Assembly (NCBI RefSeq): GCF_042660085.1
Contig: NZ_JBHSTI010000008.1
Coordinates: 1,989,876 to 2,021,875 of the forward strand
DNA length: 32,000 nt
Reading direction: 5' to 3'
Source: Longivirga aurantiaca
GTDB taxonomy: Bacteria > Actinomycetota > Actinomycetes > S36-B12 > CAIYMF01
The notes beneath the pieces are model-generated. The model was not told where the DNA came from and made no database searches. It saw only the letters and a program-made list of their open reading frames with translations. Made by a program: the position numbers and the translations under genes. Shown piece by piece: positions 12,424-22,400 of this stretch. Every line of letters begins with the position of its first letter. Position 1 is the stretch's first letter.

Positions 12424-14118
12424 ATGTCGACCACGTTCGACTCCGTCGAGACGTCCGCGTCGTACGACGAGGCGTTCCCGCCAGGGTGGTCACCGGTCAC
12501 CCGCGAGCAGGAGCACGCGTTCGCCGAAGCGCTGCGGCGCGACTTCCCGCCCGAGCGCCACGTCGACCCCGCCGGTGACGACCTGCCCGACCCGGGGCCG
12601 TTCTCCGAGCTCGGCCTCGTCGCTGCGGTCGACGGCCCGGCGGACCCGTTCGACCTCGTGCTGCTGCACGCCCTGGACCCCGAGTCGCTGTCCGACCCCG
12701 GCGACCAGCTGCGGATGCTGTCGGCGCTGGACAAGGTGGAGTGCCTGACCCAGTCGCTGCGGATCCGCACCCTCATGGCGCTCGGCGACGACGACGAGTA
12801 CTGGACCGGCCTGGACGAGCAGGACCTGCAGCACGAGATCGCCATCGCCCGGCGCACCTCGGAGTACAACGCCGGCAAGGCCCTCGAGCTCGCCCGTTCC
12901 ATCACCCGCGACTACCCCGACCTCCTCGCCGCGCTCACCGACGGACGGGTGTCCTGGGGCCACCTCGCGGTGCTGGTCGACCGCACCCGCTACGTCACCG
13001 ACCCCGCCGCGATCGCGGCGATCTCCGCCCGCGCCCTGACGCGGGCGCTGACCCGCACGCCCGGGCAGTTCGCCACCGAGGTCGAGAAGCTCGTCGCCCG
13101 GTTCGACCCCGACGCCGCCGAGCGCCACCGCCGCGCCAAGAAGAAGGAGCGCAGGGTCTGGGTCAAGCGCCTCGCCGACGGCATGGGCATGCTCGGCTAC
13201 GTCGACGACTGGGCCATCATCAGCGCCGTCCACGAGACCATCGCCGCCGACGCCCGCTCGAGCAAGAAGGCCGCCCGCGCCCAGAAGCGCGCCCGCACGG
13301 CCGCCCGCCGTGACGGCACACCGTCGGAGCCGACGCCCGGCACCGACGTCGTCCTCGCTGACGAGGCCGACGTCGTCCCGACCGACGGCGACCACAGTGG
13401 CCCGCGCCACGGCGACCACGCCGCCTCGGGCGGCAGCGACCACCGCGCCTCGACGACGGACGACGCGGACGACGTCGAGGACGAGGAGCCCGACGCCGAC
13501 ACCGCCCGCGCGGACGCGCTCGCCGCCCGTGTGCTGGGCACCCTGAACCCCGACGGGTCCGTGGTCTGGGACCGGGCCGCCTCGGTGGTGTTCGAGGGCC
13601 ACCTGGTCATCGACTTCCTGACCCTCACCCGCGAACGCGACCGTGTCGCCCTCCTGGACGGGCAGCCCCTGCCGCCGGAGACCGCCCGCGAGTACGCCGG
13701 CACCGTGAAGACCTGGCGCCGGTTCGTCACCGATCACCTCATCGACGTGGGCAACCGCTACACCGACGACACGCTGCACCGCTTCATCCTGGCCCGCGAC
13801 ATCTGCCGCAACCCGGTCCACGACCACATCCCCACCTCCACCCGGCTGCAGATGGACCACGCCGAGGAAGCACCCCACGGCCCCACCAGCGCCGACAACT
13901 GCGGCGGCATCTGCATCCCCAGCCACCAGCTCAAGACCGCCCGCCGGGTCGACATCACCGACTCGAGAGCAGACGGCTCCTGCACCTGGACCACCCGAGC
14001 CGGGCAGGTCGTCCACATCCCACCCCGCCCGTTCCTCGACCACCCCGACCCACCGCTGCTCCCCCGGCGTCGCCATGGGCCGGCGCCCGACCCTGCCGAC
14101 GACATCCCGCCCTTCTGA
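12424..14118 (+). CDS. DUF222-type (13E12-like) HNH endonuclease-family protein with a degenerate HNH zinc finger
   Basis: 564 aa. ATG 12424 follows GAGGGAGGTG. DUF222-like N-terminal half (ALDKVECL..., RRTSEYNAGKALELAR, GRVSWGHLAVLVDRT). C-terminal CRNPVHDH...QMDHAEEAPHGPTSADNCGGICIPSHQLKT. Confidence 0.8.
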   Translation: MSTTFDSVETSASYDEAFPPGWSPVTREQEHAFAEALRRDFPPERHVDPAGDDLPDPGPFSELGLVAAVDGPADPFDLVLLHALDPESLSDPGDQLRMLSALDKVECLTQSLRIRTLMALGDDDEYWTGLDEQDLQHEIAIARRTSEYNAGKALELARSITRDYPDLLAALTDGRVSWGHLAVLVDRTRYVTDPAAIAAISARALTRALTRTPGQFATEVEKLVARFDPDAAERHRRAKKKERRVWVKRLADGMGMLGYVDDWAIISAVHETIAADARSSKKAARAQKRARTAARRDGTPSEPTPGTDVVLADEADVVPTDGDHSGPRHGDHAASGGSDHRASTTDDADDVEDEEPDADTARADALAARVLGTLNPDGSVVWDRAASVVFEGHLVIDFLTLTRERDRVALLDGQPLPPETAREYAGTVKTWRRFVTDHLIDVGNRYTDDTLHRFILARDICRNPVHDHIPTSTRLQMDHAEEAPHGPTSADNCGGICIPSHQLKTARRVDITDSRADGSCTWTTRAGQVVHIPPRPFLDHPDPPLLPRRRHGPAPDPADDIPPF

Positions 14119-14255
14119 CCACCCCCGCACGGCCGTGAGCCGGACCCCACCCCGGAGTCCGGCGCACAGCCATGCCCGGTGACCGCACGGACGTCGGAGG
14201 AAGCGGGGAGGAGGGGGCACGACCCGAGGGCGACGAGTTCTGCGTCGGCCGACCG

Positions 14256-15080
14256 CTACTCGGTGAGGAAGTCGAGGACGAGGCGGCTGAAGGCCGCGGC
14301 GTGCTCGATCTGGGTCCAGTGCCCGCACCGGCCGAACACGTGCAGCCGTACGTCGGGCACCACGTCGAGCAGGTGCAGCGCATTCGACAGCGGGATCACC
14401 TGGTCCTCGCGGCCGTGCACCACGAGGGTCGGCTGAGGCAGGCGCGCGATCTCGTCGTCCGGCGTCACCATCGCGTCGACCCAGCGCTGGCGCGGGGCGG
14501 GGAACATCGCCGAGAACGACTCCTGGAAGCCGGGCTGGATCGACGCCTCGTAGCGCACCTGCGCGAGCTCGTCGGTCACGAGCTCGCGCGAGTGCGCGAA
14601 GATCCCGAGGAGCTCGCGCATGCTCTCGAGCGACGGCTCGTAGCCCCACACGCGGTCGAGCCCGTCGGTGATCTCGAACGGCACCCCCACGCTGCCCATG
14701 AGCACCAGACGCGAGACGCGGTCGGGGTGCCGCGCCGCCACCCGCAGCGCCAGCGCGCCGCCGAAGCTGTTGCCCACCAGCGCGACCTTCCCGAGCCCGA
14801 GCGCGTCGAGGAACCCGACGACCTGGCCGACCCACGTGTCCATGGAGTAGTCGACGCCGTCGGGCCGCTCGGTGAAGCCGAAGCCGACCAGGTCCGGCGC
14901 GTACACCGCGAGCTGCTGCGACAGCACCGGGATCGTGAGCCGCCAGTTGGCGTACGCCGTCACCCCCGGGCCGGAGCCGTGCAGCAGCACCACAGGGTCG
15001 CCCGAGCCCGCGTGCAGGTAGTTGGTGCTGATGCCGGCGGCGACGACGGTCGAGCCGAGCTCGGGGCGCGGTGCGGTCAT
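14256..15080 (-). CDS. Alpha/beta-fold hydrolase of the meta-cleavage-product (BphD/HsaD-like) hydrolase type
   Basis: 274 aa. VVLLHGSGPGV, nucleophile elbow GNSFGG, HGREDQVIP, GHWTQIEH. Confidence 0.8.
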   Translation of the reverse strand: MTAPRPELGSTVVAAGISTNYLHAGSGDPVVLLHGSGPGVTAYANWRLTIPVLSQQLAVYAPDLVGFGFTERPDGVDYSMDTWVGQVVGFLDALGLGKVALVGNSFGGALALRVAARHPDRVSRLVLMGSVGVPFEITDGLDRVWGYEPSLESMRELLGIFAHSRELVTDELAQVRYEASIQPGFQESFSAMFPAPRQRWVDAMVTPDDEIARLPQPTLVVHGREDQVIPLSNALHLLDVVPDVRLHVFGRCGHWTQIEHAAAFSRLVLDFLTE

Positions 15081-15154
15081 GCGCACCAGCATCGCGCACG
15101 CCGCAGCGGCGGCACGCGAGCATCCCGGCACACGGAACGCCCGGAGCCGGGACG

Positions 15155-16153
15155 TCAGGAGGTGGCGACTGCGTTCGCGAGCACCTCGGGGGGCAGCGTC
15201 CAGTGCTCGCCCAGCAGCAGGTCGAGCGTGTCGGGTTGGAAGATGCGCCGACCCCCTGACGGCGTGCTGGTCAGCTCGCCCACGAGCACGCGGCCGTCGA
15301 CGTCGTAGAGGTCGACCCGCAGCATGTCCATGCCTGCCGCGAGCTCCTCGGCGAGCGCGACCATCTCCCCCGACGTCGAAGGCGCGGCGCCCTCACCATC
15401 CGGCTTACCCGCATCCGTGGAACGGAGCAGCGGCCTCCAGTCGCGGTCGCGCAGCACGCCCGGGCCCAGACCGTCGGGGTCGAGCACCTCGATCGCACGC
15501 ACGACGCCGTCGGCCACGAAGAGCTTGTACTCGCGCGCAGGGACCTGCGCCGTGCCGAGCAGCTCCTCCGCGAGCACGCGGTGCGGCACGTCGCGGTAGG
15601 CCCACTCGGGGTAGCGGTTCGGGCCGTGCTCGAAGCCGAGCGTGAGCCACCAGCGGAGCAGCCCCGTCGCCCGCGCGACGTCGAGGTCGTCGGGGTGGAT
15701 GCGGTACCTGCTCCACAGCACGCTCCGGGGCCGGCTCGGCAGCTCCACGCCGCGCGCGAACCGGTCGCTCACCAGAACCGCACCGCCCGACCCGTGGGTG
15801 GCCTTGACGGCGACCTCGCGCGGCAGCTCCGCCCAGGGCACGGCGCCGGCGGCGTCCCACACGCCGTACAGCGTCGGGAGCCGGTCGGCCCCCACCCTCT
15901 CGGTCACCACCTCGCGCACCGCGACGCGGTCGGCCAGCGTCGTGAGGATCGGACGTCGGTCGTGGGCGAGCCGGAACAGCAGCTTGTCGTGGAAGCCCTG
16001 CGGTTCGGGCCCGGCGAGCGAGGCGAGCGTGCGGTACGCCCGCGCAGTGGGCCAGAGCCCGGCACGTGCGTCGACCACCGCGTGCAGCGCCGTGCGGGCA
16101 CGGCGGGGAAGGCGGTCGCGCACGACCGCGAGCGATCGCGTCGTCGACCTCAC
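15155..16153 (-). CDS. ATP-grasp fold amidoligase family protein (TupA-like)
   Basis: 332 aa. VAVKATHGSGGAVLV, EYKLFVADGVV, LRVDLYDVDGRVLVGELTSTPSGG. GTG start with a GGGGGAGG SD. Confidence 0.7.
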   Translation of the reverse strand: MRSTTRSLAVVRDRLPRRARTALHAVVDARAGLWPTARAYRTLASLAGPEPQGFHDKLLFRLAHDRRPILTTLADRVAVREVVTERVGADRLPTLYGVWDAAGAVPWAELPREVAVKATHGSGGAVLVSDRFARGVELPSRPRSVLWSRYRIHPDDLDVARATGLLRWWLTLGFEHGPNRYPEWAYRDVPHRVLAEELLGTAQVPAREYKLFVADGVVRAIEVLDPDGLGPGVLRDRDWRPLLRSTDAGKPDGEGAAPSTSGEMVALAEELAAGMDMLRVDLYDVDGRVLVGELTSTPSGGRRIFQPDTLDLLLGEHWTLPPEVLANAVATS

Positions 16154-16309
16154 ACGGCCTCCCCCTCGTCCCCACGCACCCTAGCCACGCGCTCCGGCAC
16201 AGGACGCGTACGCACCGGCAGCACGGCACCCACGGGTCGTCACCGGACGTTCACCGACGCGTCGGCAGAACACGATCCCGATGACCGAATCCGCCGCTGG
16301 TCTACGCGC

Positions 16310-16876
16310 GTGAGCGTGCTGACGCAGCCGCTGGTCGCCCCCGCCCCGCTGGCGCGACCGGCCCAGGACTCCGACCTGACCGCCATCCTCGACGTGTACG
16401 CCGCCTGCCGCGCGAGCGATCCGACGTACCCGGCTGCGGTCGGCAGCGCGACGACACCCGACCTCGCCGAGTGGTTCTTCCGCAAACCGCTGGCCGCGTG
16501 CCTCGTGGTCGAGAACGCCGACCGGGTCATCGTCGGCGTGGCGGGGCTGAGCGCCGCCGCCCCGCCCCAGTCCGCGCGCGGCGACCGACGCGTGCACTGG
16601 ATGGAGTCGTGCCGGCTCGCGGTCCATCCCGAGCACCGAGGCGGCGCCGCCTCACGGGCCCTGACGTCGGCGCGGATGCGCGCGGCCTCCGACCTCGGGG
16701 CCGATCGGCTCTGGCTGCGCTGCCTGCCCGGCTCCCCCGCGCACGGCCTCTACCTGCGCGTGGGCTGGTCGTTCCTCTCCCGCGGGCACATCGACGTGCC
16801 TGGCGAGGCGTCACGCCCCGCCGTGCTGCTGCAGCGCGCCGTCCCCGCGATGCCGACGTACCGCGTGGTGACTTGA
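16310..16876 (+). CDS. GNAT-family N-acetyltransferase
   Basis: LAVHPEHRGGAASRALTSARMRAASDLGADRLWL fits the acetyl-CoA motif A pattern (R/QxxGxG/A-like). Start is uncertain (GTG 16310 or 16316). Confidence 0.6.
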   Translation: MSVLTQPLVAPAPLARPAQDSDLTAILDVYAACRASDPTYPAAVGSATTPDLAEWFFRKPLAACLVVENADRVIVGVAGLSAAAPPQSARGDRRVHWMESCRLAVHPEHRGGAASRALTSARMRAASDLGADRLWLRCLPGSPAHGLYLRVGWSFLSRGHIDVPGEASRPAVLLQRAVPAMPTYRVVT

Positions 16877-16924
16877 CCCGACACGGTCCGCGACGGGCAG
16901 TGTCCGCTGTGGTGGGATCGGCGC

Positions 16925-17992
16925 ATGGCCCCCGACCCGGTGACCGCGTCCGGGCGTGCCGATCCCCTGCTCGTCGCCCGCCTGCGCGCGCAGCTGCTGA
17001 CCAGCCGCGCGGCGACCGACCCGGTCGACGTCGTCGAGCGCCTCCTCGCCGTCCAGGCGCAGGACGGCCGCGGCTTCCGGCTCGCCGTGCGCGCCCGGTC
17101 CAGCGTCGCCGGCGCCTCGGCGGTCGACCACGCGCTCACCCACGACCGCAGCCTCGTCGTCGACTGGCTGAACCGCGGCACCCTGCACCTCGTGCGCAGC
17201 GAGGACCACGCCTGGCTGCACATGCTGACCACGCCCCGGCTGACGACGGCGGGCAACCGACGGCTCGCGCAGGAGGGCGTCGACGCGGCCATGGCCGAGC
17301 GCGCGGTCGCGCTGGTGACGACGACCCTCCGCGAGGACGGGCCGCACACCCGCGCGCAGCTGCGCGACGTCCTCGACGCGGCAGGTGTGCGCACCGCCGG
17401 CCAGGCCCTCGTGCACGTCCTCGGGGCCGCGTCGTTCGCAGGGCTCGCCCTGCGCGGCCCGGTGGTCGACGGCGAGCAGGCCTTCGTCGACCCCGAGTCG
17501 TGGCTCGGCCCGCGGCCCCCGCTGCCCGAGAGGGACGTCGCCCTCGCCGAGCTCGCGCGTCGCTACCTGGCCGGGCACGGGCCGGCGCGCGACCACGACC
17601 TCGCGTACTGGACCGGCCTCCCCCTCCGCGACGCGCGACGCGGGCTCGCAGGCGTGCGCGGCCTGGTCGACCATGGCGACGGGCTCGTCTCGCTGCACGC
17701 CGACGACGATGCGCCAGCCGTCCCCGATCCCGTGCTGCTCGGGCCGTTCGACCCCCTGCTGCACGGGTGGAAGTCGCGCGCCCTCGTCGTGGGCGACGAC
17801 GAGGAGGGCGTGGTGACGAGCAACGGCCTCTTCCGCCCGGTCGCGCTGGTGGACGGTGTCGCGGTCGCGGTGTGGGGCCTCGCGGGCGGCCGGCTCACCT
17901 GGACGGTGCGCGACGGCCACCGGCTGAGCAGCCCCGTCGAGCAGGCGCTGCGCATCGACGCCGCACGGGTCGTCGACTACCTCGGCAGCTGA
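16925..17992 (+). CDS. Winged-helix DNA-binding domain protein of the AlkZ/YcaQ (HTH_42) DNA glycosylase family
   Basis: 355 aa. VERLLAVQAQDGRG (Q-A-Q at codons 44-46, nt 17054-17062). The C-terminal FRPVALVDGVAVAVW block is typical of the family. Confidence 0.7.
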   Translation: MAPDPVTASGRADPLLVARLRAQLLTSRAATDPVDVVERLLAVQAQDGRGFRLAVRARSSVAGASAVDHALTHDRSLVVDWLNRGTLHLVRSEDHAWLHMLTTPRLTTAGNRRLAQEGVDAAMAERAVALVTTTLREDGPHTRAQLRDVLDAAGVRTAGQALVHVLGAASFAGLALRGPVVDGEQAFVDPESWLGPRPPLPERDVALAELARRYLAGHGPARDHDLAYWTGLPLRDARRGLAGVRGLVDHGDGLVSLHADDDAPAVPDPVLLGPFDPLLHGWKSRALVVGDDEEGVVTSNGLFRPVALVDGVAVAVWGLAGGRLTWTVRDGHRLSSPVEQALRIDAARVVDYLGS

Positions 17993-18185
17993 CGGGCGAG
18001 ACGCACGAGCCGCTCATGACGACGGCTGAGGCTGTGGAGCTGGCGCGACCCGAGCTCGGCCTCGACCAGCGCCCGCGAGGCCGCCGAGCACACCGACGAC
18101 CTGCACGACCCCGAGGCGTCGCCGCGGCCTATCTGACGGTGGCCGCCGTCCTGCGGCTCTGAGGGCGGACGGAGCGAGCGGCGCT

Positions 18186-19463
18186 CTAGTGACCGGCGAG
18201 CTCCAGCTCGCGGACGTCGGAGCGCAGCCTCGTCGAGGGCCAGCGCACGAAACCGATGCTGACCACCAGGAGCCCGATCGCGGCCATGACGGTGACGGCG
18301 AACGCCGGGCTGGTGCGGTCGGCGATGAATCCGGTCACGAGGTAGCCCAGCGCGGTGACGGCGGCGAACCCCGCGCTGGCGATGCCGACGACGCGTCCGC
18401 GGTGCTCGTTCTTCGTGAGCAGCGTGGTGAACGACATGACCGGCACGAGGAAGGCCTGCGCGACGCCGGAGACGAACCACAGCACGACCAGCAGGACGAT
18501 CGGCGGCTCGATGCCGGTGAGGAGCAGGGGCAGGCACACCGTGATGGCGAGCGGCAGCACGAGGTCGAGCTGGTCGCGCGGGGTACGGCGTCCGACCAGG
18601 ATCGACCCGAGCGCCGCCCCCGTGATGACCGACGCCATGAGCACACCGCCCCAGGCATCGAGCTCGCCGGCGTCGCGCACGTAGGCCAGGGCGACGGCCT
18701 CGGGCGCCACGAGCGAGGCGGCCATGCCCCAGCCGAGCAGGATCAGCGCGCGGCGCGACCTGTCGGCCATCAGCATCCGCCAGCCGTCGGCGAGGTCGGT
18801 GAAGAGCTGGCGCACCGACTCGGTGGCGTCGAGCATCGCGGGCCGGTTGCGCAGGAACGCCGCGAGCAGCGCGTACGACACGATGAACGAGATCGCATCC
18901 ACGAACAGCGCGGCCTGCGGGCTGCTGAGCTGCACGACGATGCCGCCGAGCACGAGGCCGATGGCCTGGTTCGCGAGGTGCAGCGAGCGCGTCAGGCCCG
19001 TACCGGCCGTGACGAGCCGCGGGCTCCCGAGCACGTCCGGGATGGACGCCGCCCGCGCCGACTCGAACAACGGCGTGAACAGCTCGGCCACGAAGAGCAG
19101 CGCGAACAGGACCCAGAGCGGGGCGCTGGTGCCGGCCATGAGCGCGAGCACACCGATGGTGATCGCGCGTGCGACGTCGGCGAGCAGCATGAGCGACTTG
19201 CGGCTGAAGCGGTCGGCGAGCGAGCCGAGGAGGGCGCCCCCGAGGAACGTGGGCACGAACGAGACCGCGAACGTGGCAGCGGCGAGCAGCGCGGAGCCGG
19301 TGTCGGACAGCACCAGCAGGGCCAGCGCGACCCGCGCGATCTGGTCGCCGGCCTCGCTCGCCACCTGGGCGGCCACGAGACCACGGAACTCGCGGACGGC
19401 GAGCACCTCACGCAGACCTGCGCGCTGACGCTCACCAGTCCGACCCACGTCGGCAGAGCTCAC
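18186..19463 (-). CDS. MFS transporter (EntS/MFS_3-like, 12 TM)
   Basis: 425 aa. REFRGLVAAQVASEAGDQIARVALALLVL..., hydrophobic throughout. GTG 19463 overlaps the glnE stop (GTGA). Confidence 0.85.
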   Translation of the reverse strand: MSSADVGRTGERQRAGLREVLAVREFRGLVAAQVASEAGDQIARVALALLVLSDTGSALLAAATFAVSFVPTFLGGALLGSLADRFSRKSLMLLADVARAITIGVLALMAGTSAPLWVLFALLFVAELFTPLFESARAASIPDVLGSPRLVTAGTGLTRSLHLANQAIGLVLGGIVVQLSSPQAALFVDAISFIVSYALLAAFLRNRPAMLDATESVRQLFTDLADGWRMLMADRSRRALILLGWGMAASLVAPEAVALAYVRDAGELDAWGGVLMASVITGAALGSILVGRRTPRDQLDLVLPLAITVCLPLLLTGIEPPIVLLVVLWFVSGVAQAFLVPVMSFTTLLTKNEHRGRVVGIASAGFAAVTALGYLVTGFIADRTSPAFAVTVMAAIGLLVVSIGFVRWPSTRLRSDVRELELAGH

Positions 19464-22400
19464 GCGTAGAACACCCTCTCCACGACCCCCCGTGCACGTC
19501 GCGTGATCCGCCGGTAGTCGTCCAGCAGCGCTCCGCTCTCGCCGGGAGGGTATCCGAGCACCTGCGACACAGCGGCCAGGTCGCGCGTGTCGGTAGGCAC
19601 CATGTCGCTCGCTCGGCCCTTGACCAGCATCACGGCGTCGCGCACCCTCGTCGCCATCCGCCAGGCGGACGCGAGGTGCTCCGCATCCTCGGCCTCGAGC
19701 AGGCCCGCGGCGACCGCGCCGTCGAGCGCGGGAACCGTGCGGGTCGTCCGCAGCGCGGGCACCGCGTGCCCGTGCTGCAGGGTGATGAGCTGGGCCACCC
19801 ACTCGACGTCCGAGAGGCCACCGCGACCGAGCTTGGTGTGCAGGCCGGGGTCGGCACCGCGCGGGAGCCGCTCGGCCTCCATCCGCGCCTTGAGCCGCCG
19901 GATCTCGCGGACGTCGCTCTCGCCGATGCCACCCTCGGGGTAGCGCAGCGGGTCGATGATCGCCACGAACTCGCGGCCGAGCGCGTCGTCGCCGGCTACG
20001 GGCTCGGCGCGCAGCAGCGCCTGCGCCTCCCAGGCAGAGGACCACTTCTCGTAGTACGAGGCGTACGACGCGATGGTGCGCACCAGCGGGCCGTTGCGTC
20101 CCTCGGGCCGCAGCGAGGCGTCGACCTCGAGCGCCGGGTCGGGCGTGGGGATCATGAGCAGGCGCCGCAGCTCGGCGGCCACGGCGAGCGCAGCCTCGTG
20201 GGCGTCGCGGTCGTCCGCCCCGGGGAGCGGGTCGTGCACGAACAGGACGTCGGCGTCGCTGGCGAAGCCGAGCTCGCCGCCCCCGAAGCGCCCCATCGCC
20301 ACGACCAGGAAACGGGTCGGCAGCGCGCTCCCTCTCTCGGCGGTGACGGCGCGCTCGGCGATCTCGAGCGCGCCGGTGATGGTCGCCCCTGCGATCGCCG
20401 ACAGCGCGACGCCGGCATCGTCGACCTGCGCCAGGCCGAGCAGCTCGGCCACGGCCGTGCGGAACAGCTCGCGCCGACGCAGCGCGCGCACGGCCGCCAC
20501 CGCTACCTCGGGGTCCTCGTAGCGCCGCGCGGCGGCCAGCGCCTCGGCATCGAGGGCCTCGCGGGTCCGCGGAACCAGCTCGTCGTCATCGGCGAGCATC
20601 GTGACGCCCTCGGGGGCCCGCATGAGCAGGTCGGACGCGTAGCGGCTCGAGGCGAGGATCGTCGCGAGCCTCTGCGCGGCGAGCGACTCGTCGCGCAGCA
20701 GGCGCAGGTACCACGGGGTCGAGCCCAACGAGTCGCTCATGCGTCGGAAGGCGAGCAGGCCCGCGTCCGGGTTGGGTGCACCCGCGAACCAGCCGAGCAT
20801 CACGGGCAGCAGAGTCCGCTGGATGGCGGCGCGGCGCGTGACGCCCGAGGTCAGCGCCTCGAGGTTGCGCAGCGCGCCCGCGGGGTCGACGTAGCCGAGC
20901 GCCTCGAGCCGCTGCCGCGCAGCCTCGTGGGTGAGCCGCGCCTCGCCCGCGTCGAGGCGCGCCACGGCGTTGAGCAGCGGCCGGTAGAACAGCTTCTCGT
21001 GCAGCCGACGGACCTCGCGCCGGTGCTTCTTCCACGCGTCGTTCAGCTCGGCGACGGGATCGGTGCGCATCCCCATCGACCGCGCGATGTGCCGCAGCGC
21101 GACGTCGGAGTCGGGCACCACGTGGGTGCGCCTCAGCCGGTGCAGCTGGATCCGGTGCTCGAGCGTCCGCAGGAAGGCGTACGACTGCGCGAGGTTCGAC
21201 GCGTCCTCGCGTCCGACGTACCCCCACGTGGCGAGCGACTCCAGCGCAGTCATCGTGGTGCTGCTGTGGAGCATCACGTCGCTGCGCCCGTGCACGAGCT
21301 GCAGCAGCTGCACGGAGAACTCGACGTCGCGCAGCCCCCCGGAGCCGAGCTTGAGCTGCCGGTCGGCGTCCTTGGCCGGCACGTTCTCCTCGACGCGGCG
21401 ACGCATCGCCTGCACGTCCTCGACGAAGTTCGGCCGGTCGGCCGCGCTCCACACGAACGGCGTCACGAGATCGACGAAGGCTGCCCCGAGGTCGAGATCA
21501 CCGGCGGCGGGGCGTGCCTTGAGCAGCGCCTGGAACTCCCACGTCGAGGCCCAGCGCCGGTAGTAGCCGTCGTACGACGCCAGCGTGCGCACGAGCGCGC
21601 CGGACTTGCCCTCGGGCCGGAGGTTGGGGTCGACCTCCCAGATCGATCCCTCGGGAGTGGGTGCGTTGCACGCGCGCATGAGCGACTGCGCGAGCCGGGT
21701 GCCGGCGCGGATGGCCTCGGTCTCGTCGACGCCGTCGCGCGGCTCGACGACGTACACGACGTCGACGTCGGAGATGTAGTTGAGCTCGTGCCCGCCGCAC
21801 TTGCCGAGCGCGAGCACGGCGATGCGCACGAGGTCGGACGCGTCCGGGTGCTCGGACCGCGCGATCGCGAGCGCGGCCTCGAGCGTGCCGTCGGCGAGGT
21901 CGGCGAGCGCAGCGGACACCTCGACGAAGGCGGCGCCGTCGGCGAGGTCCGCGGCGGCGATCGCGAGCAGGCGCCGCCGGTAGGCGACCCGCAGCGCCGA
22001 CAGCACCTCGGTGCCCGAGCCGGAGGCGACCGGCGGCGTGGCGCGGGGGTCGGCCCCCACCGCGCGCAGCAGCTCGGATCGCACGACGTCGACGGGCGCG
22101 AAGTCGGGCGCGCCCTCGTCGTGCGCCCGCAGCACGGTCCAGTCGCCCGGGTGGCGCACCAGGTGGTCGCCGAGAGCGACCGACGCGCCGAGCACGGTGA
22201 GGACCCGGCGGCGCGACTCCTCGTCCTCGTCGAGCTCGGCGACGAGGGCGCGGGCGGCGGGGTCGCCCGTCTCGGCGATGCGCGAGAGCGTCGCGAGGGC
22301 GAGGTCGGGGTCGGCTGCCAGCGAGAGGTCGACGACCGCGTCGGTGCCGAGGCCGACGAGGCCCGGGTCGGACAGCAGCCGGACCGCGAGGGCGGCGTCG

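Noticed and set aside
16254-16265. 12-bp perfect palindrome CCGACGCGTCGG between the ATP-grasp and GNAT genes
   Set aside because: Short all-GC palindromes of this kind are expected by chance in DNA of this composition, and no second half-site or promoter context was seen.
18024-18146. 40-aa ORF (MTTAEAVELARPELGLDQ...) in the 193-bp gap between the convergent AlkZ-like and MFS genes
   Set aside because: GC3 bias collapses in the second half (many CGA/GCA/CCT codons). There is no SD and no recognisable family, so it is probably non-coding spacer.
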